A stretch of DNA of 63,044 nucleotides, filler included, from Asterionella formosa (lineage: Eukaryota), in NCBI GenBank assembly GCA_002256025.1. It is 5 parts of 5 records of this genome, joined end to end, with 100 filler letters (N's around TTAATTAATTAA, not from the genome) between each part and the next. Parts side by side here need not be neighbours in the genome. Positions count along the whole stretch, not along the records: positions 1 to 14,907 come from NKIB01005684.1; 4 more parts are not named here. One strand, 5' to 3'. The translations under genes were made by a program, and so were the position numbers. Position 1 is the stretch's first letter. Every line of letters starts with the position of its first letter. Positions 1-13,452 of the stretch are shown here, in pieces. The notes under the pieces are model-generated. The model had not been told where the DNA came from. It was given only the letters and a program-made list of their open reading frames with translations, and did no database searches.

Positions 1-236
1 GCTGGTGTAGGAGCTCGAAAGAAGCATGGTCAAACCCACACAAGGTAATCAGAGCATCATCATGCTTGCTGTTGAACAAAGTCCAGAATGGACTCGATAA
101 TGGATGCTGTAGTGCGTGGCAACGGATTTTGCCACTTCTTCTTCTGACCTCATCAAAAGTCAAACTTTCCCTGAACAATGGCGTCCTATTTACTGGTGGA
201 TAGCACATTGCAAACAGTAGCAATGTGATCATAATG

Positions 237-275
<39 letters not shown>

Positions 276-556
276 GGAGATGAGATGAAAGTCGACATGG
301 TCAGTGACCGATGATGATGAATATATAGAACTCATGCATATAATGAACAAGAGGCGGCATAGCATACAAGAGGATGCATCGATATGAAAATTTAACTGTT
401 GAAAATTAAATTTAAAAATATATATAATGTCAGAGAAGTAATCTAAAATATCTCTATTATCAGAGCGCAAGGACGATATTATGTAGCAGATCACCAGAAT
501 AATTTGTGTTATAATACACACATGATATAATAATTTTTTATTATCAGAGCGCGCCC
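1..556 (-). mobile_element. 5' end of a PIF/Harbinger-like (DDE_Tnp_4-type) DNA transposon; transposase N-terminus 298->1, running off the window
   Basis: Open frame from ATG 298, absent from the ORF track because it has no stop: MSTFISSP(D)n...RRRSGKIRCHALQHPLSSPFWTLFNSKHDDALITLCGFDHASFELLHQ. This resembles stramenopile Harbinger-type transposase N-termini. Candidate terminus GGGCGCGCTCTGATAATAA at 556 (minus); its TATTATCAGAGCGC core recurs at ~455. Confidence 0.55.
238..274. repeat. (CAT)n microsatellite, encoding poly-Asp in the minus-strand ORF
   Basis: About 12 perfect CAT units. Confidence 0.9.
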
Positions 557-1688
557 ACTATCAAGCGGTGTGGTAGTGACCTCATTATCAAGATTATGCT
601 TGTACCATGAATTATGAGCTAATAGACCTTTATTGTACTATCCTATCCGGCAGTGAAAATGGTCCAGGGATGGAGATACAGTGACGAGGACAAAGATAAT
701 AGCCATAACTTAATGAAAAAGGGTAAAGGATTCATTGCTAATCTGTTCAGTATAGTCAAAAAAGATATCATCAAGCAACTACAAATGCATGGGAAACAAG
801 CACATGGGTATTGGATTACAATTTCGAGAGTCAAGAACGAAAAACATTACACAACAAGATTCCAGAAGAGAATTAAGGGAGAGGGAAATTATGTTAGGCT
901 AAGTAGTGGACTTGTTTACTTTGTGTTAATAACTACTTCTAACTCAGTGGCTCTCAGTGCGATTTGTTTCAGAAAAAGTACAGAAGGAGGAAACAATAGT
1001 CGGCAATTATGATTTAAACGCCTCTGATAATCGATCGGGAAATGAAGAGAGAAAAAAATTGGCAGTGGATGACGGGTTCTGTGAAGGAATGTCAAATTTT
1101 AATGAAACAGTAAAGGAGCTACCAAAAATGTTGAATGGAAAATACACACAGGAAGACCACACGACAGCAGCTGAATGATGACAATACCGAGGAGGAGATG
1201 GAAGGATTGTTGAATGACAAAAAACTCTTGTTGATAATGCTATTAGATTCTCACCTTCAAAAAAACTGACAACAATAGAAGAACTGTGACGAGGAGAAGA
1301 AAAAACAAATTTTCAATCCGCAGTTCAGTTGACCACACGAACACAAATCTGGGTTTGTTGACATATGCAGATGCAGGTTACTGCAGAGAGACATTCATCC
1401 TGCACGAAAAGAATTATTCTCTATCAAATGATATGCATTTCCGGCCTACCAAAAAACCGTTCATGGCAAGTAACAACCTGCTATGCTCCTACGCACCTGC
1501 CATGTCTGTTTCATGCTTAAGGAGTTATGTGAGCCAAGAAAGCATAGGGAGCCTCGGCAACTTGCCAACGAAGACTTCTTGCAACAAATGATTATTAGTG
1601 AAAAAATATATTATGTACAATTTATCATTGAATTTATATATTTTGTACAAAATCACTAATGCAAGAAGGTAAGGAGTATATTGGATAC

Positions 1689-2026
1689 AAATCAAGAGCG
1701 ACCTTGTATTGGTACTGATTCAAGGCACACCTTGATTTGGTTACAATTCAAGGTACACTTTGAATTGGTCTCTGATGGAAGGCTACCTTGTATTGGAGCC
1801 AAATCAAGGTATGCAAAAAATTGCGTTGTCCAAACCAAGGTAGACCCTTAATCAATACTGTTGATCTGATTGGTAGACCAATAGAAGGCGGTTGTGAATA
1901 TCGTGAACCCCAATACAAGGTATACCTTGTATCGGCTTAAACCCTGATTCGGATAAACTAATCATACCTTGTATTGGAAATAAATTCCGGGCATTTTGTA
2001 ATGTACCTTGTATTGGAAAAATAGCC
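1689..2026. repeat. Cluster of short palindromic repeats (CCAATACAAGG / CCTTGTATTGG), probably subterminal repeats of a DNA transposon end
   Basis: About 10 variants, the first at ~28-bp spacing. Near-perfect palindrome CCAATACAAGG-TATA-CCTTGTATCGG at 1910-1935. Cluster ends ...TTGGAAAAATAGCC at 2026. Confidence 0.7.
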
Positions 2027-2699
2027 TATTTTTGTCGAGTTCTTTAACAATAGCGTACTATAGCTAAAATTTAAAATTTTTAATTATATATATATATCAA
2101 GTACTGGCACTGGTAGTTTAGCAAACTAACCCTCGCTAAGACTACCGGTATACGGGTAGTGCAGTCCACAAAGCAAGTGACATGGAATACCATAAAATTC
2201 AGTATCTTGGAACCCCTGAGGTTGCTGGACCCTCCTATACATTTTTCTCGAGGTGGTGGACACCCAATAATCTTCTAGACAACGACGAAGTAACCTGCTA
2301 TAATTCTATTTGTCCTCGTTGGCACTAGTAAATAATTTTTATTTGGCTAGGATTTTGCGATTACTTTGTATAAATAGAACACTAAAGTGCGCAGATAGTG
2401 GTTGTGAGTAGCTTGAGAATCCTGCATCATGTTGTCTCTGCCTTGACCATCTCAATGACTATTAGCTATTTGGGTCATCTAGTAAGAACGACATAGAAAC
2501 TACAATCGTAAAAGAATTATTGTAATAACGCTAATATTGACAACAAAAATTGAAGTCGCCGATAGCAGCATGAAGTCGCAATTTCTTGCAAGGTAAAGAG
2601 ATTTCTCAATTTCACTTTGCAGAAATAACGATCATACTAGCATGTTTTAGAAAATAATGCGCCATCCTGTAGATCTAAAAAAATTTACTCAAGTCTAGC

Positions 2700-3190
2700 A
2701 AGGGGGTGAAGTAAAGGAGAGATTCCATCTGGGCAGTGGAGGATGACATTAGTTCTTCAATGCTAGCGGTCGGTTGTGCCAGACATCTGAAGGTTGGAGA
2801 GAGGGATATTGTTTAAGCAAGCATGGGGTATAGTGATTCGACCAGGGATTGGAAATAGCTGATGTTGCTAAAGTGGGTGCAGAAGTAAAACGCCAATGGG
2901 CTGTATGTGTCAGTTTCTATGCTCCAGAGAAGATTATTTTTTCCTGGATTGGGTTCTGGAGACTCAGAAGAAGTCCCCAGGGTATCGAAGGAGTTGGGAA
3001 AAAGACACGAGGCCGCTCACTCGTACAGCGTCATCTGCTATAGTAAATTGGGATTGCTCGTGTTGTTTTTGGGCGTAAGCGTGATTAGTCAAACCTACAA
3101 ATGTCGGGGATATGAAAACCATTGTGCGCTGGCAAGGGTATTGGAATGGGAAGCAGGTCTGTTCTGTTGGAAAAATAATCCCTTGTAGAA
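2700..3190 (-). mobile_element. Degenerate non-LTR retrotransposon fragment (post-RT region)
   Basis: Frameshifted translation MVFISPTFVGL..AYAQKQHEQ...FSQL...HWRF...AISNPW; the AISNPW segment parallels the fragment at 14034-14600. Confidence 0.4.
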
Positions 3191-4172
3191 GATGATGAAC
3201 TTTGATCTTTTAAGGTGGTGAGGAAGTACAACACCACAATGGCTGATGCTGTCATTGATGGATACTCATTTGGGCCATTGAGTTTCCTCGTGAGGCACAA
3301 TATGGGGAGTTCCACATCAAGGATGTTGAGTGAGAAGGAATGAAGTTCCGTCTGGTTCATGCAAGCAGAGGAATAGAGAACCCAGTCACAATCAGTGGGT
3401 CGGTCGCCATTGAACTGATCACGACATATGGTCCAAGTGTGTGCAGGACCTAGTCGGAAATAATCACATGCAAAGGTACGCCTGTCAACTTGTTGCTGTC
3501 AAAGCACACCACCGACTAAGTTTGATGACATTGGAGAAAACACCGGAATAGTTGAGGGACCCTTTCTTGGAGTCAGAACACAATTTCAAACTCATATTTG
3601 TAAAAACTCCTACAAATTCCATGGAAGCAGAGCCTCAGATGTTTTGAGATGACACTGGCATGTTTCCTTTCTTGTCTTGGTTCTACTGCTGCCTTCAATT
3701 TTTTCATGTTGTTATGTTCCAATTGAATTCAGAATAATCGCATGATGTTATTAAAACTTCCTGGCACATCTTGGACTTCGAATGCAACTACAAATCAAAA
3801 TCTGCTCATTATAGCTAGTACCAAAGGGCATCCCTGTTGATTGAATGAAATGACTCCAATTGATGTTGATACATTTGCTCGAAGGATTCATAATTTAGAT
3901 GATGTATTGAAAGCGATAAATGGTGCAGTTGTAACTGTAAAGTATTGTGAATACTGTTTCCCTGGTGAAATTGATACCTAAAGTGGACTATTACCCCAAC
4001 AAGGAACCCTATAACTCAACAACATCTTAGGTCATTTGAATGGCTTAAGTCACTATGAACGGTGAAAAGAGGATTTTCGAGTATGAAGGGGAAGACCTAC
4101 TACAGGATTGGAGTTGATTTAATGTGATCATTTTAGTGGTATTGAGTAGTGGTATTTCATTGTTGTATTCTG

Positions 4173-5052
4173 CTATGCTGGTTTTGAAAAATCCAATGGA
4201 AAAGCCGATGTGCTATAGCTATACTCTGCCATCAGTTTCTCTCGCATCTTGTCATGATCAATTCCGGTGAAAAATGCCAAGCCATCAATAAACCACTCAT
4301 CATCTGAATCCATCGTAATACTTGACTGCCATGGGGGGAAATGCAATTGATAACGAGCCCATGAATGCCTCGGTATTGTCACACATTTCCATATCAGCAA
4401 ACTTGTTGCGTATGAGTTGAGCGCGTCTATCTTTCCGTTGCATGAAGCGATCAGCCTTGGAAACCTTTTCGTCAGCAAGACCACTGAGAAATTTACCTCT
4501 TGGCTTTTTGTCGTCTTTGGAATGGATGGGTGGTGGTGGACTGCAAAGGTTGTCCTGGTGAAAAGTAAGAGATTTACTTCGGGGCTTGGTATCATTATTC
4601 TTGGTAGTAATAATTGGACTATTGGATCGAGACCGTTGCATACTGAGATTCTTTTCTTGGCGTTTCGACAGGGTTTGAGCTGGTGGTGGTTTTGTAGCCT
4701 TGGTGGCCGTTCGAAAAGCAGACGAAGCCATGAGCTTGCCCATGGCACCTTTTTGTTTTAAGGCAAGCCGCGATGGTTGCTCCGCTGCAGACAGTGACGC
4801 TGCGCTCTTTGGTCGTTTACTGGCCATGAAGTTGGCCATCTCCATCTTGATACAAACGACGTTGTTCGTCATATTGCCCTTGTCAGAAATGACCTTCTGA
4901 AACTCCCGAAACTCGGTCAAGCTCATTTCTAATTCTTCTGCCATTGAGGGCTGCGCTGTATTTTCTTGTTGCAGAAACAAGTCAGTGAAGAACGACATTG
5001 AACTTCGTTGGAACGAAGCTGATTGAGCATTTGGGTCATTAGATGGAATCAT
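4173..5052 (-). pseudogene. Frameshifted ORF of unknown function, probably TE-derived (possible LINE ORF1)
   Basis: 250-aa ORF 4300-5052 with an apparent continuation in another frame (DSDDEWFIDGLAFFTGIDHDKMREKL). Its 3' part is duplicated at 14702-14907. Confidence 0.4.
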
Positions 5053-5805
5053 AATAGAGCTGAATGTATAGGGCTGAGTTTGTCAGAATTGCGTCTTTGC
5101 ATTAACAGGAAAGCCGGAGAATAGTGGAATCAATTGGAACCTTTCAGCAGCGGGCCTTGAGTATTATATGTCTTGCCTTTCCGGAGTTAGATGGATGGTG
5201 AAAAGGCATAAGTTTCAATCACCAACAAAAGCAAACAGAAGACAAAAAAAATACATGTTAAAGATTTCGCCTTCTCCTTTTTCACAACACGCTGCGAGGG
5301 CGTCCTATTGGTACCTTGTTATGCCGGTGTTCGCTTCGTTCATTGTACCTGTTACCATACAGCGCTGTACAAAACCATGTTCATGTATCGCGAACAATAA
5401 CACATTTGCATATGATTGGGCAAATCAAAGGCATGATTTACAAGCATCTTTGACTTTAAGTCGAATTAATACTTTTCTAAATGTCTTGAGGTATGTAAGG
5501 TTAACAAAGATCGAACTACATTCAGCCCTTGTGACGTCTACACTCGTCATCAATCCTGCTGGTGACAACTTAATATTACCACTTTTTGGGACAATTGTCA
5601 TTGTATGACTTCAGCCTGTCGTCTCTTCCAATAATTTTCATTTCACCAGTTGCTTCAAATATACGTATATAGCACGGGCTACGGAGGCAGAATCCATAAG
5701 CAAATGGCGACGAACCACCGAATTTTTTTGCACCTCTATGTCTCGTGACCTCATCGGCACCGATGACATTCGAACACCGAAATCGACTCCAGGCGACAAT
5801 ATCTT

Positions 5806-6063
5806 AGAGTTGTGCTCCTACATAGTAAAATAAAATACACGCCAGCTACAGTGCTGATACCAGGTATCTGGTACCCATTACTGGTTGGTACATACATAGG
5901 GTCTACCTGCTGGTCCCGCAAAGGCCCTAAGTCCAGCGAGCTAATGTGTCCGACGTGATCTACTCCTATATATCGTGATACCTGGTACCTGGTACAAACC
6001 GGAACTTACTAGCGTTTCCACAAACCGGCAACCGTTACAATGATGCTGCAAAATATTTTTGAT
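5806..6063 (+). repeat. Dispersed repeat, copy 1 (copy 2 at 10375-10607)
   Basis: Shared blocks GAGTTGTGCTCCTACATAGTA, GGTTGGTACATACATA, TGTGTCCGACGT, AACCGTTACAATGATGCTG in the same order and orientation. Confidence 0.8.
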
Positions 6064-6539
6064 TCCCTGGGAGTTCCGGGAAAGTCCGAATATTGCGAAT
6101 ATTTGTCCGAAGATGCAGACCAGATACGGTATATACTGGTAATCAAACAATATAACTGTACACAATTTAAATACAGTATATGAGTATACCCGAAGTTCAT
6201 TTTGTTTTATGATATTGTGTACATGTAATATGCCTTGTATCGGTAACAGGTACCTGGTTACCTAAGTGAATACATACGTAGTACGCAGGGTTTCAACATG
6301 AATATGGAAACAGGTTCCTGGTACTGGTAGCGTTATGACAAAATCTAGGATGATTTGAGTTAGGGTTAACAGCATTCCATCAATGAACATGTCATCAATA
6401 TTATACAGAGAAACTATTTCCGGTGAAGAAATATTTGCACTAATGTTAATGAAGACGAACAGACAATTAATAAGATGGGATGGAATATTTGGAAAGTTAA
6501 ATGTTCTCTGTAATGAACTATTCACAGGCATGTCATCAT

Positions 6540-9500
6540 CATTGGAGCTGCCGACAATGTAAGTAAAACAATATTCTTTATGTGTTAGTATGAAGTAAAA
6601 GAATGATTGAATGATCAGGAACGGATCATTATAATTACTTGGTTATCTGTATGAAAGTTTGGACAAAAGATCCAAGATCCAACTGATCTGAAATAAGTGT
6701 AGTTGAATCGATTGTAAATCGATTTCTAGTTTTATAAGCTCACAATAAAATAAGGAAGCAAAACGAAACGTTGCTGTCTACATTTGACTTGTCTAAGAGA
6801 CAGACTATAGCATACAGCATGTACAAACATGTACTGCTACTGGTGTAAGGAATTTAACACGTTTATAAATGGACCTATTGCTTTACACAGATTACCAACA
6901 CAGCAACATGGCTGATGAGAAATAGGGCGAGGTCATTTGTTTGATAAAGTTTGATGGAGAGGAATCAAACTGGCATGAATGGAGTGACAAAACTCTATCT
7001 CTATCTAAGATCAAGGGCTTTCGCCTTGTCTATAGAAGTGATAGGAAACCATGCAGTGACACAGCATATGAAACCTCTGCTACTGATGCAGAAAAGAAAA
7101 TCTATGAAGCCAATGACAAGGCATATCAACAACTAATAATGAGCTGCACAGGCATTGCGTTTGGTTTGGAGAAACAAGCAAAAACTGCACAGTTAATTGA
7201 TGGGGATGCTTTCTTAGCCTGGAAAAATCTATGTGACAGATATGCTCCTCATGAAACATCTGATTTGATCCAGCTTTTCGGCGAGTTTAGCAAATGCAAC
7301 CTCGAGTCTACAAAGAGTGACCATGATGAATGGTTCATTAACCTCGACATGATTTGCAACAGAATGACGCAAATCAATAGCTCTTTTCCGGAACAAGACA
7401 TTGAAGTCATCGCCCACATAATTGACAAGTTTCCTTCTGAGTATAGTAACAAAATCCGGGCTTTCTACAAGTCCAAGTTCAAAACTGAAAAGTCATCGAA
7501 CGAGATAGCCCTATTCGCAGGAGGAAAGTTCAAAGGTCATTGTCGCAACTGCGGAAAGCAAGGACACAAATCGGCGGATTGTCGTTCTAAAGGATCAAAA
7601 GCGGATGGAGAGAAGACCGGAAAAGGCATAAAGTGTTTCAATTGAAACAAATTTGCTGGTCACATCGCCAAAAACTGCCCTGAGGAGAAGAAGAAGAAGA
7701 CTGCTGACAAGAAGGAGACGTCGTTTTTTGTTGGTTGTGCTGTCGAAGCTGAGGAAGAGGAAGATATCCATCGTTTCGGATTTATTTCTGATAATAATAA
7801 TAATAATATTATTAATAATTTTGAGTATTGTGCATCGTGTGGAGGATAAGAACGATAGTTGGCCGACACATCCAGTGAACTTGGTATGACAAACGTTGAA
7901 AAGGTCAAGGTGCACGTGATTGTTGGTGATGGAAAGGAAGTGCTATGCACAAAACGAGGTGACGTTTTGGTGACATCGAGCAATGGAAAGACCCTACATT
8001 TGAAAAAAGTCTGATATACTCCGCTTTTCCACGAGAATATTGTGAGTATCGGAGTCTTCGTACAAAAATCAGACTACGAAAAAAGACAAATGAACTCGAG
8101 AAGATTGAATTTAAAGCAGAAGGCAAAGAGCTCCTGTACTACTTTGAAGGCACACGTGACCTTGGTACCAATGAAACCGTCATGACTAGTACAACTACCA
8201 CGCAACCACCAGTTATCACCACACCTGCTAAGCAAATCAAAATTGACATCAACGAGGCACATGATAAATTCGGACACATTGGTGAGGTGGCACTACGAGC
8301 TACATTGAAGATGCTGAATGTCGAAGTCACAGGCAGTCTCACACCTTGTGAAGGGTGCGCACTTGCCAAGGCTAAGGCCAAAGCAGTGCCAAAGTTCTCC
8401 ACAACAAGAGCAACTCATGCAGGTGAGCGTTTGTGTACTGACATCAGCGGGTCCCACAAAATGTCTATCATTGGAATCAATTATTGGGTCCTTGTTGTAG
8501 ATGACTATAGCAGCAAAGCATGGAGCTTCTTTGTTAAGAAGAAAAGTGAAATGTCGAAAATTGTCGAAAACCTTGTCATCAAGTTGAAGAGTGCTAATTA
8601 TATCCTCAAGAAACTTCGATGTGACAATGGTGGCGAAAATGTCAAGGCAATAACTAAACTATGCGAGAAACACGGACTTGCTATCGAAATAATTGCCCCC
8701 TACACGCCTCAACAGGATGGCATTGTCGAACGTAAATTTGTGACCATACGTGACCGCAGCTCTGCCACCATGATAAAAGCGAAATTCTCTGAAATATTGT
8801 GTCCAATTCCAGTGGCTCAAAATGTCCTGACCGGAAATTCTACGACAAACTACCTATGATCTACAGGAATCTTATTGAATTTGGTCGCATCGGATATGTC
8901 ACCCTTGGACAAAACCAAAGAAACTGGACCCCAAGGCAGTTAGATGTGTCATGATTGGATACTCCGATGATCATGCTGGCGATACCCACCGGATGTAAAA
9001 CCCTGTGACGAAAAAGGTAATTAACAGCAGAAATATCCGATGGGCCACCTGGCATGTAATATGTGATCCAACAGCCAATATGTCCACATTTACTGGTAAT
9101 GCAGACGCACTTGGTATTGACGAGACCCAAATGGAAGATGCACAAGACTATGAATTGCATAATGATGATGCGTCCTCTGAGGATGTCATAAACACCACTA
9201 CAAATGCCGCCCATAATAAAGAAATACAACTATTGGCACCCAAACATCAACAAGTTACCTTTGATGTTTCAGAAACAGGTGAGCAAGGAAGCGATATTTC
9301 TAAAACTTCAACCACAAAACTTGAGCGTGAACTCAAATGCATTGCATGGACCGATGTCCTACCTAAAGGAGCTAGGAGAGCTTTAAAACTTTCCTCTGAC
9401 CAAACTCCTAAAACTGCCGGCCAACCTGACGAAGAAAATGAAGTCGTGGATGAATAAGATGCACCAATGGAAGTCCATATAATCTACAGCACAACACTAG

Positions 9501-10050
9501 CCTCAGAACCCGGTATGACCAAAATCCTACAAAGCTGCAATAAACGATCCAAAACGTGAAAAATGGATTGTTGCGATCAAAACGGAAATTGACAACTTCT
9601 ACAAAAGAGGGGTTTGGAAGAAATTCCCCAGGAACAAAGTTAATGGAAGGAAACTTCTGGGAACACGTTGGGTATTTAAAAAGAAACAAGAACAAGATTT
9701 ATCAACCAGATTCAAAGGAAGAGTTGTGGTCAAAGGCTATCTCCAGATTCCTGGAGTTGACTTCACAGACTCCTTTGTACCTGTTGCCATGGATTCTGCT
9801 GTGTGAACTATTTTTGCTATCACACTATACCATGGACACAACAAACCTAAAGAATGCTGGATTTGTGAAGTCATGGATGTGGAAGCAGCATTCCTTGAAG
9901 CAGATATGGATGAAAATATCTTCATTCTTGAATGGCCTGAGGGAGTTGAAGAATTTGGATATGTCACTGAACAAGAATTGCAGACCTCATGCATCCTAGT
10001 ATTGGATAAAGCTATGTATGGTACTGTCATACTGTCCAAGCAGCTTTGCA
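6540..10050 (+). mobile_element. Ty1/Copia LTR retrotransposon, degenerate and 3'-truncated (gag-integrase-RT)
   Basis: Gag with CCHC knuckle CRNCGKQGHKSADC (6908-7700). Pre-integrase HDKFGH..CEGC and rve core TDISG/VVDDYS/LRCDNGGE/PQQDGIVER (8182-8859). RT motifs RWVFK, KGYLQIPGVDF, MDVEAAFL, KAMYG (9550-10030). Many stops and frameshifts; no RNase H. 5' LTR only tentative (~6540-6900, ends CCAACA). Confidence 0.92.
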
Positions 10051-10374
10051 ATGGTTCAATTTCACACCGTTACACACCAAAGATATGTGTAGATTGTCTG
10101 CGAGTCTCTCTTAGACGGAGTTCCAGGCACCAGGTACGGTTGTACTCCGGGGTGTCCATTTACACCCTCGCATATAAACCGGTAGATCACTCCCTACCGG
10201 TAACCGGTCTTATCTCAATACCAGCCAAACCACGCACTAAAACATGGTACGCATATGATGGCCACATATATAAAATGTGAATGAAGGCACGATAATTTTG
10301 ATTTAGTAGTTAGTAAGTAATGAATGAATTGATACATAACGCGATCTTCTTTATGTACAAACGACGACATTGTG

Positions 10375-10607
10375 GAGTTGTGCTCCTACATAGTATAAAA
10401 TATATACACACCAGTTACAGTGATGATACCAGGAAACCTGTACCCAGGTTGGTACATACATACGGTCTACATGCTGGTCCGGTAAGGGCCCAAAGTCTAC
10501 CGGTAGATAACTATGGTAATGTTGTGTCCGACGTTATCCACTCCTATGTATCATGGTGGTACAAACCGGTAACCGTTACAATGATGCTGTAAAGAAGAAT
10601 TTTTGAC
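10375..10607 (+). repeat. Dispersed repeat, copy 2 (copy 1 at 5806-6063)
   Basis: Diverged direct repeat of 5806-6063. Confidence 0.8.
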
Positions 10608-11039
10608 TGTTCCGTATTTACCGGTAGAGTAACAACGGTACAGTACCAGGTACCGGTACCCGGGACCAGTAAGATCATTGCGTCTCCTGTGTAGATACCA
10701 CATATGTTATGCATACTTGTCATGATGGATGACAAATGTGAATACCGATACAGAAACTTACGTATTTACATGCCTGTAGTCAGAAATTCAATACCAGCTA
10801 CCAGGGTACCACAGTCACCACTACATACCGGTACATACATAGGACTGGTTCCTGGCTTCTTCCGGAAACTGCTGATTCGCCATAGTACTGGTATGCTGGT
10901 ACTACACAATACTAGTAGGGCCGTTTAGGTCAATGTAAATGCATATGTGTGCCACCGGTATGGATTCTAAACTACCTAGTACCAGGGTACCGCGGTACCA
11001 GTTACTACTACCGGTAACTGACCTGGTACCGGACCAGCT

Positions 11040-13060
11040 ATCAGTAAAAAACTGCCATGACCCACTGAGAATATTTTTGAACTGCCGTGACCCATCGAAC
11101 GCAGAATAACACGTTTTGCTGTCAAAACTTAAGTACCAGTAAATGTAAGTTCTGAGAGTTCTGACTCCTTCTCGAGCATGTAGGCTAGTCAGCTATGTAT
11201 TTTGTTTGAGATTTGGAGTCAATTGTTCATCTCAATAGATTGCCGGAAATAGTGGATCGACCAAAAAAAACAGAGAGAACACGGATTAGGGTAAGATTGG
11301 AGTTCTCATTCTCATATAATATACAATGATATATACAAATATTTCGACATTAATTTAATTAGTGTCTGAACGTTAACCACATTTATAGCAATAAAGATTT
11401 TGTTTTGGGATTGAATTGTACAGAGATGGCAAATGATATGGGCGAGCCTCTATCTGATTGAGGATTTTGATATATAAGTATTGTTCCCATGATCACCATA
11501 CTTACTGGAGGCCGGCCAAAGGGAACCACTCAAATGGCATCAGCATCGATGCAAAGAAATATCGAAGAATGCATTGTCCAGTCGGCCACAGAATACATGA
11601 GGGTTAGAGAAGAACTGCAGCGAAAGAACAAGAAAGCAAGTAGATTTACACCTGCCTGCATAATTGGGGGGAGGAAAGAGGCGCTTGGTATCCTTCCTGC
11701 TGGAGTTGAAATAAATATAGAAATATTGAGATCTCGGGCAAAACGCAAAAAAACCAGGGAAAAAACGTAGCTTCAACATCACCAATGCTCGAAGTTGAGC
11801 CATACGTTGTCTTATTGTGCTGATTGACCAACTCTTCAAAATGCGAGTCTAAATTAGTAAATGTTGGCAGGGACTGGAACTTCCTAACTAACTTTTGTCT
11901 GGTAAATCCATTATGGAAAATATTGTACTGTGGAGGCAGAAACATTGCATTTCATTCAGAGAGGATCCGCCCAACATTGTCTAAACCACTGGGATCAGGG
12001 TATTGGAGTGGATTCATGAGTCGCAATCAGCTTCATGTCAAGGCAAAGAAAGTTGACAAATTCGATGGGATGCGTGCTGACTGGTGCACATTACGGAACT
12101 TTGAGCAGATGTATAGAGATGTCTATGAAGAAATGGCCAAGATGGGTATTAAGGAAAAACTGGATGAAGAAGTGTGGTTGAATAAATCCGAAGATGTTGT
12201 TGCAAATGAAAACAAAGTACATCTTAAGGCATCCCAACAAACTCATATTTGTTGATGAAGTCGGAAGTAACACCAGTCAAGCAAAAGATGGACAGAAGGG
12301 GGGTGAGAAAGTGTTATGTATTGGAACAGCTGCAAGCCCACAACAAAAAAGTGCTAGTACTATGAAGGATCGGATGCGCATGTTGCATTCATTGGATTTA
12401 CAGCTACTGAAGGAGCTCCAGTGATATGTCCTATAATATTCACTGCCAAAGAGCTTGAACTTAGTTGGGTACAGTGGCTTAACCCGTTTGTGGAATGGCA
12501 TGGAAATGAGGACGACTTCAACCTAAACACTGGCAAAGGAAAGCGATATCCCCAGGGACCTGTGTGTGTGTGTTAAATGGAAAGCATGTGCCCACTTTGT
12601 GTTGTTGTTCGGAATCAGGAAGCATTACTGCAGAACTGTTGGTGAGAATGTTGGCCCAAAAAAATGGATTCTTTGGAATTGTTTGACCGCAGTGATGGAA
12701 TAAACCCTTTTCTCATCCTACATGGACATGGCTCCCACTTCGATTGCTCCTTTCTCGAATATATCAACAGCCCTTTGACCCCATGGAGTGTGTGTATAGG
12801 TGTCCGTTGTTATGGAACCTCTTATTGGCAAGTCGGAGATTCGTCAAAGCGGAATGGAAGTTTCAAAATAGAACTGACAGTTGCAAAGCGAAACCTACTT
12901 ACCAAAAGACTGAACATGATTTGCCTTTTGCTATTGAGAAATCTGACATTGTTGCCCTTGTTTCAACTGCCTGGGAAAAAAGCTTTGCAAATAAAAGAAC
13001 AACCAGTGTGGCCGGCATGGGATTGCAAGACCTCGCAAACCGTGCCAATCGAACGGATAT
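11040..13060 (+). mobile_element. pogo/Tc1-mariner-like DDE transposon, degenerate transposase
   Basis: Fragmented frames GGRPKGTT; GYWSGFMSRN; RADWCTLRNFEQMY; LIFVDEVGSNTSQAKDG; FLILHGHGSHF; YGTSYWQVGDSS. Candidate left end CAGTAAAAAACTGCC with a repeated AACTGCCRTGACCCA. Confidence 0.75.
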
Positions 13061-13329
13061 AAGGATAACCAATCAGAATATGAACTTTACAGTGGGCAAT
13101 TACATCGGAACTTTTTGTACACGAGATTTTACGACTAAAAATTTTAGCACAAGACTACCATTCCGATGATGACGTCTCGGCGATTAGTGATTCTGATTCC
13201 GACATTTTAGTGACCGTTGAAAAGGCCGATATTGTCAAATTTTGGGACGACGATAGCTCAACGTTGCCAGGGTTTGAAGAAGAGTTAAATACATAGGTAA
13301 TCTTCATATAGCCCCAGAAGTTAACTTTC

Positions 13330-13452
13330 GGCGAGAAACTGCAGAAAGGAACTTCGGTTTTTTTAATAGGCCAAATAAACGAGTTAGCCCGGTAAAATCC
13401 ACTATTTTCAGCATAGTTAAAAATCCGAAGTTCCTTTCTGCCGTTTCTCGCC
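13330..13452. mobile_element. ~123-bp inverted-repeat element (MITE-like hairpin)
   Basis: ~36-bp arms GGCGAGAAACTGCAGAAAGGAACTTCGGTTTTTTTAA / TTAAAAATCCGAAGTTCCTTTCTGCCGTTTCTCGCC with few mismatches. Confidence 0.75.

Noticed and set aside
1689..2026. CRISPR or iteron array
   Set aside because: Repeats are degenerate, spacers are only a few bp and irregular, and no prokaryotic genes are nearby
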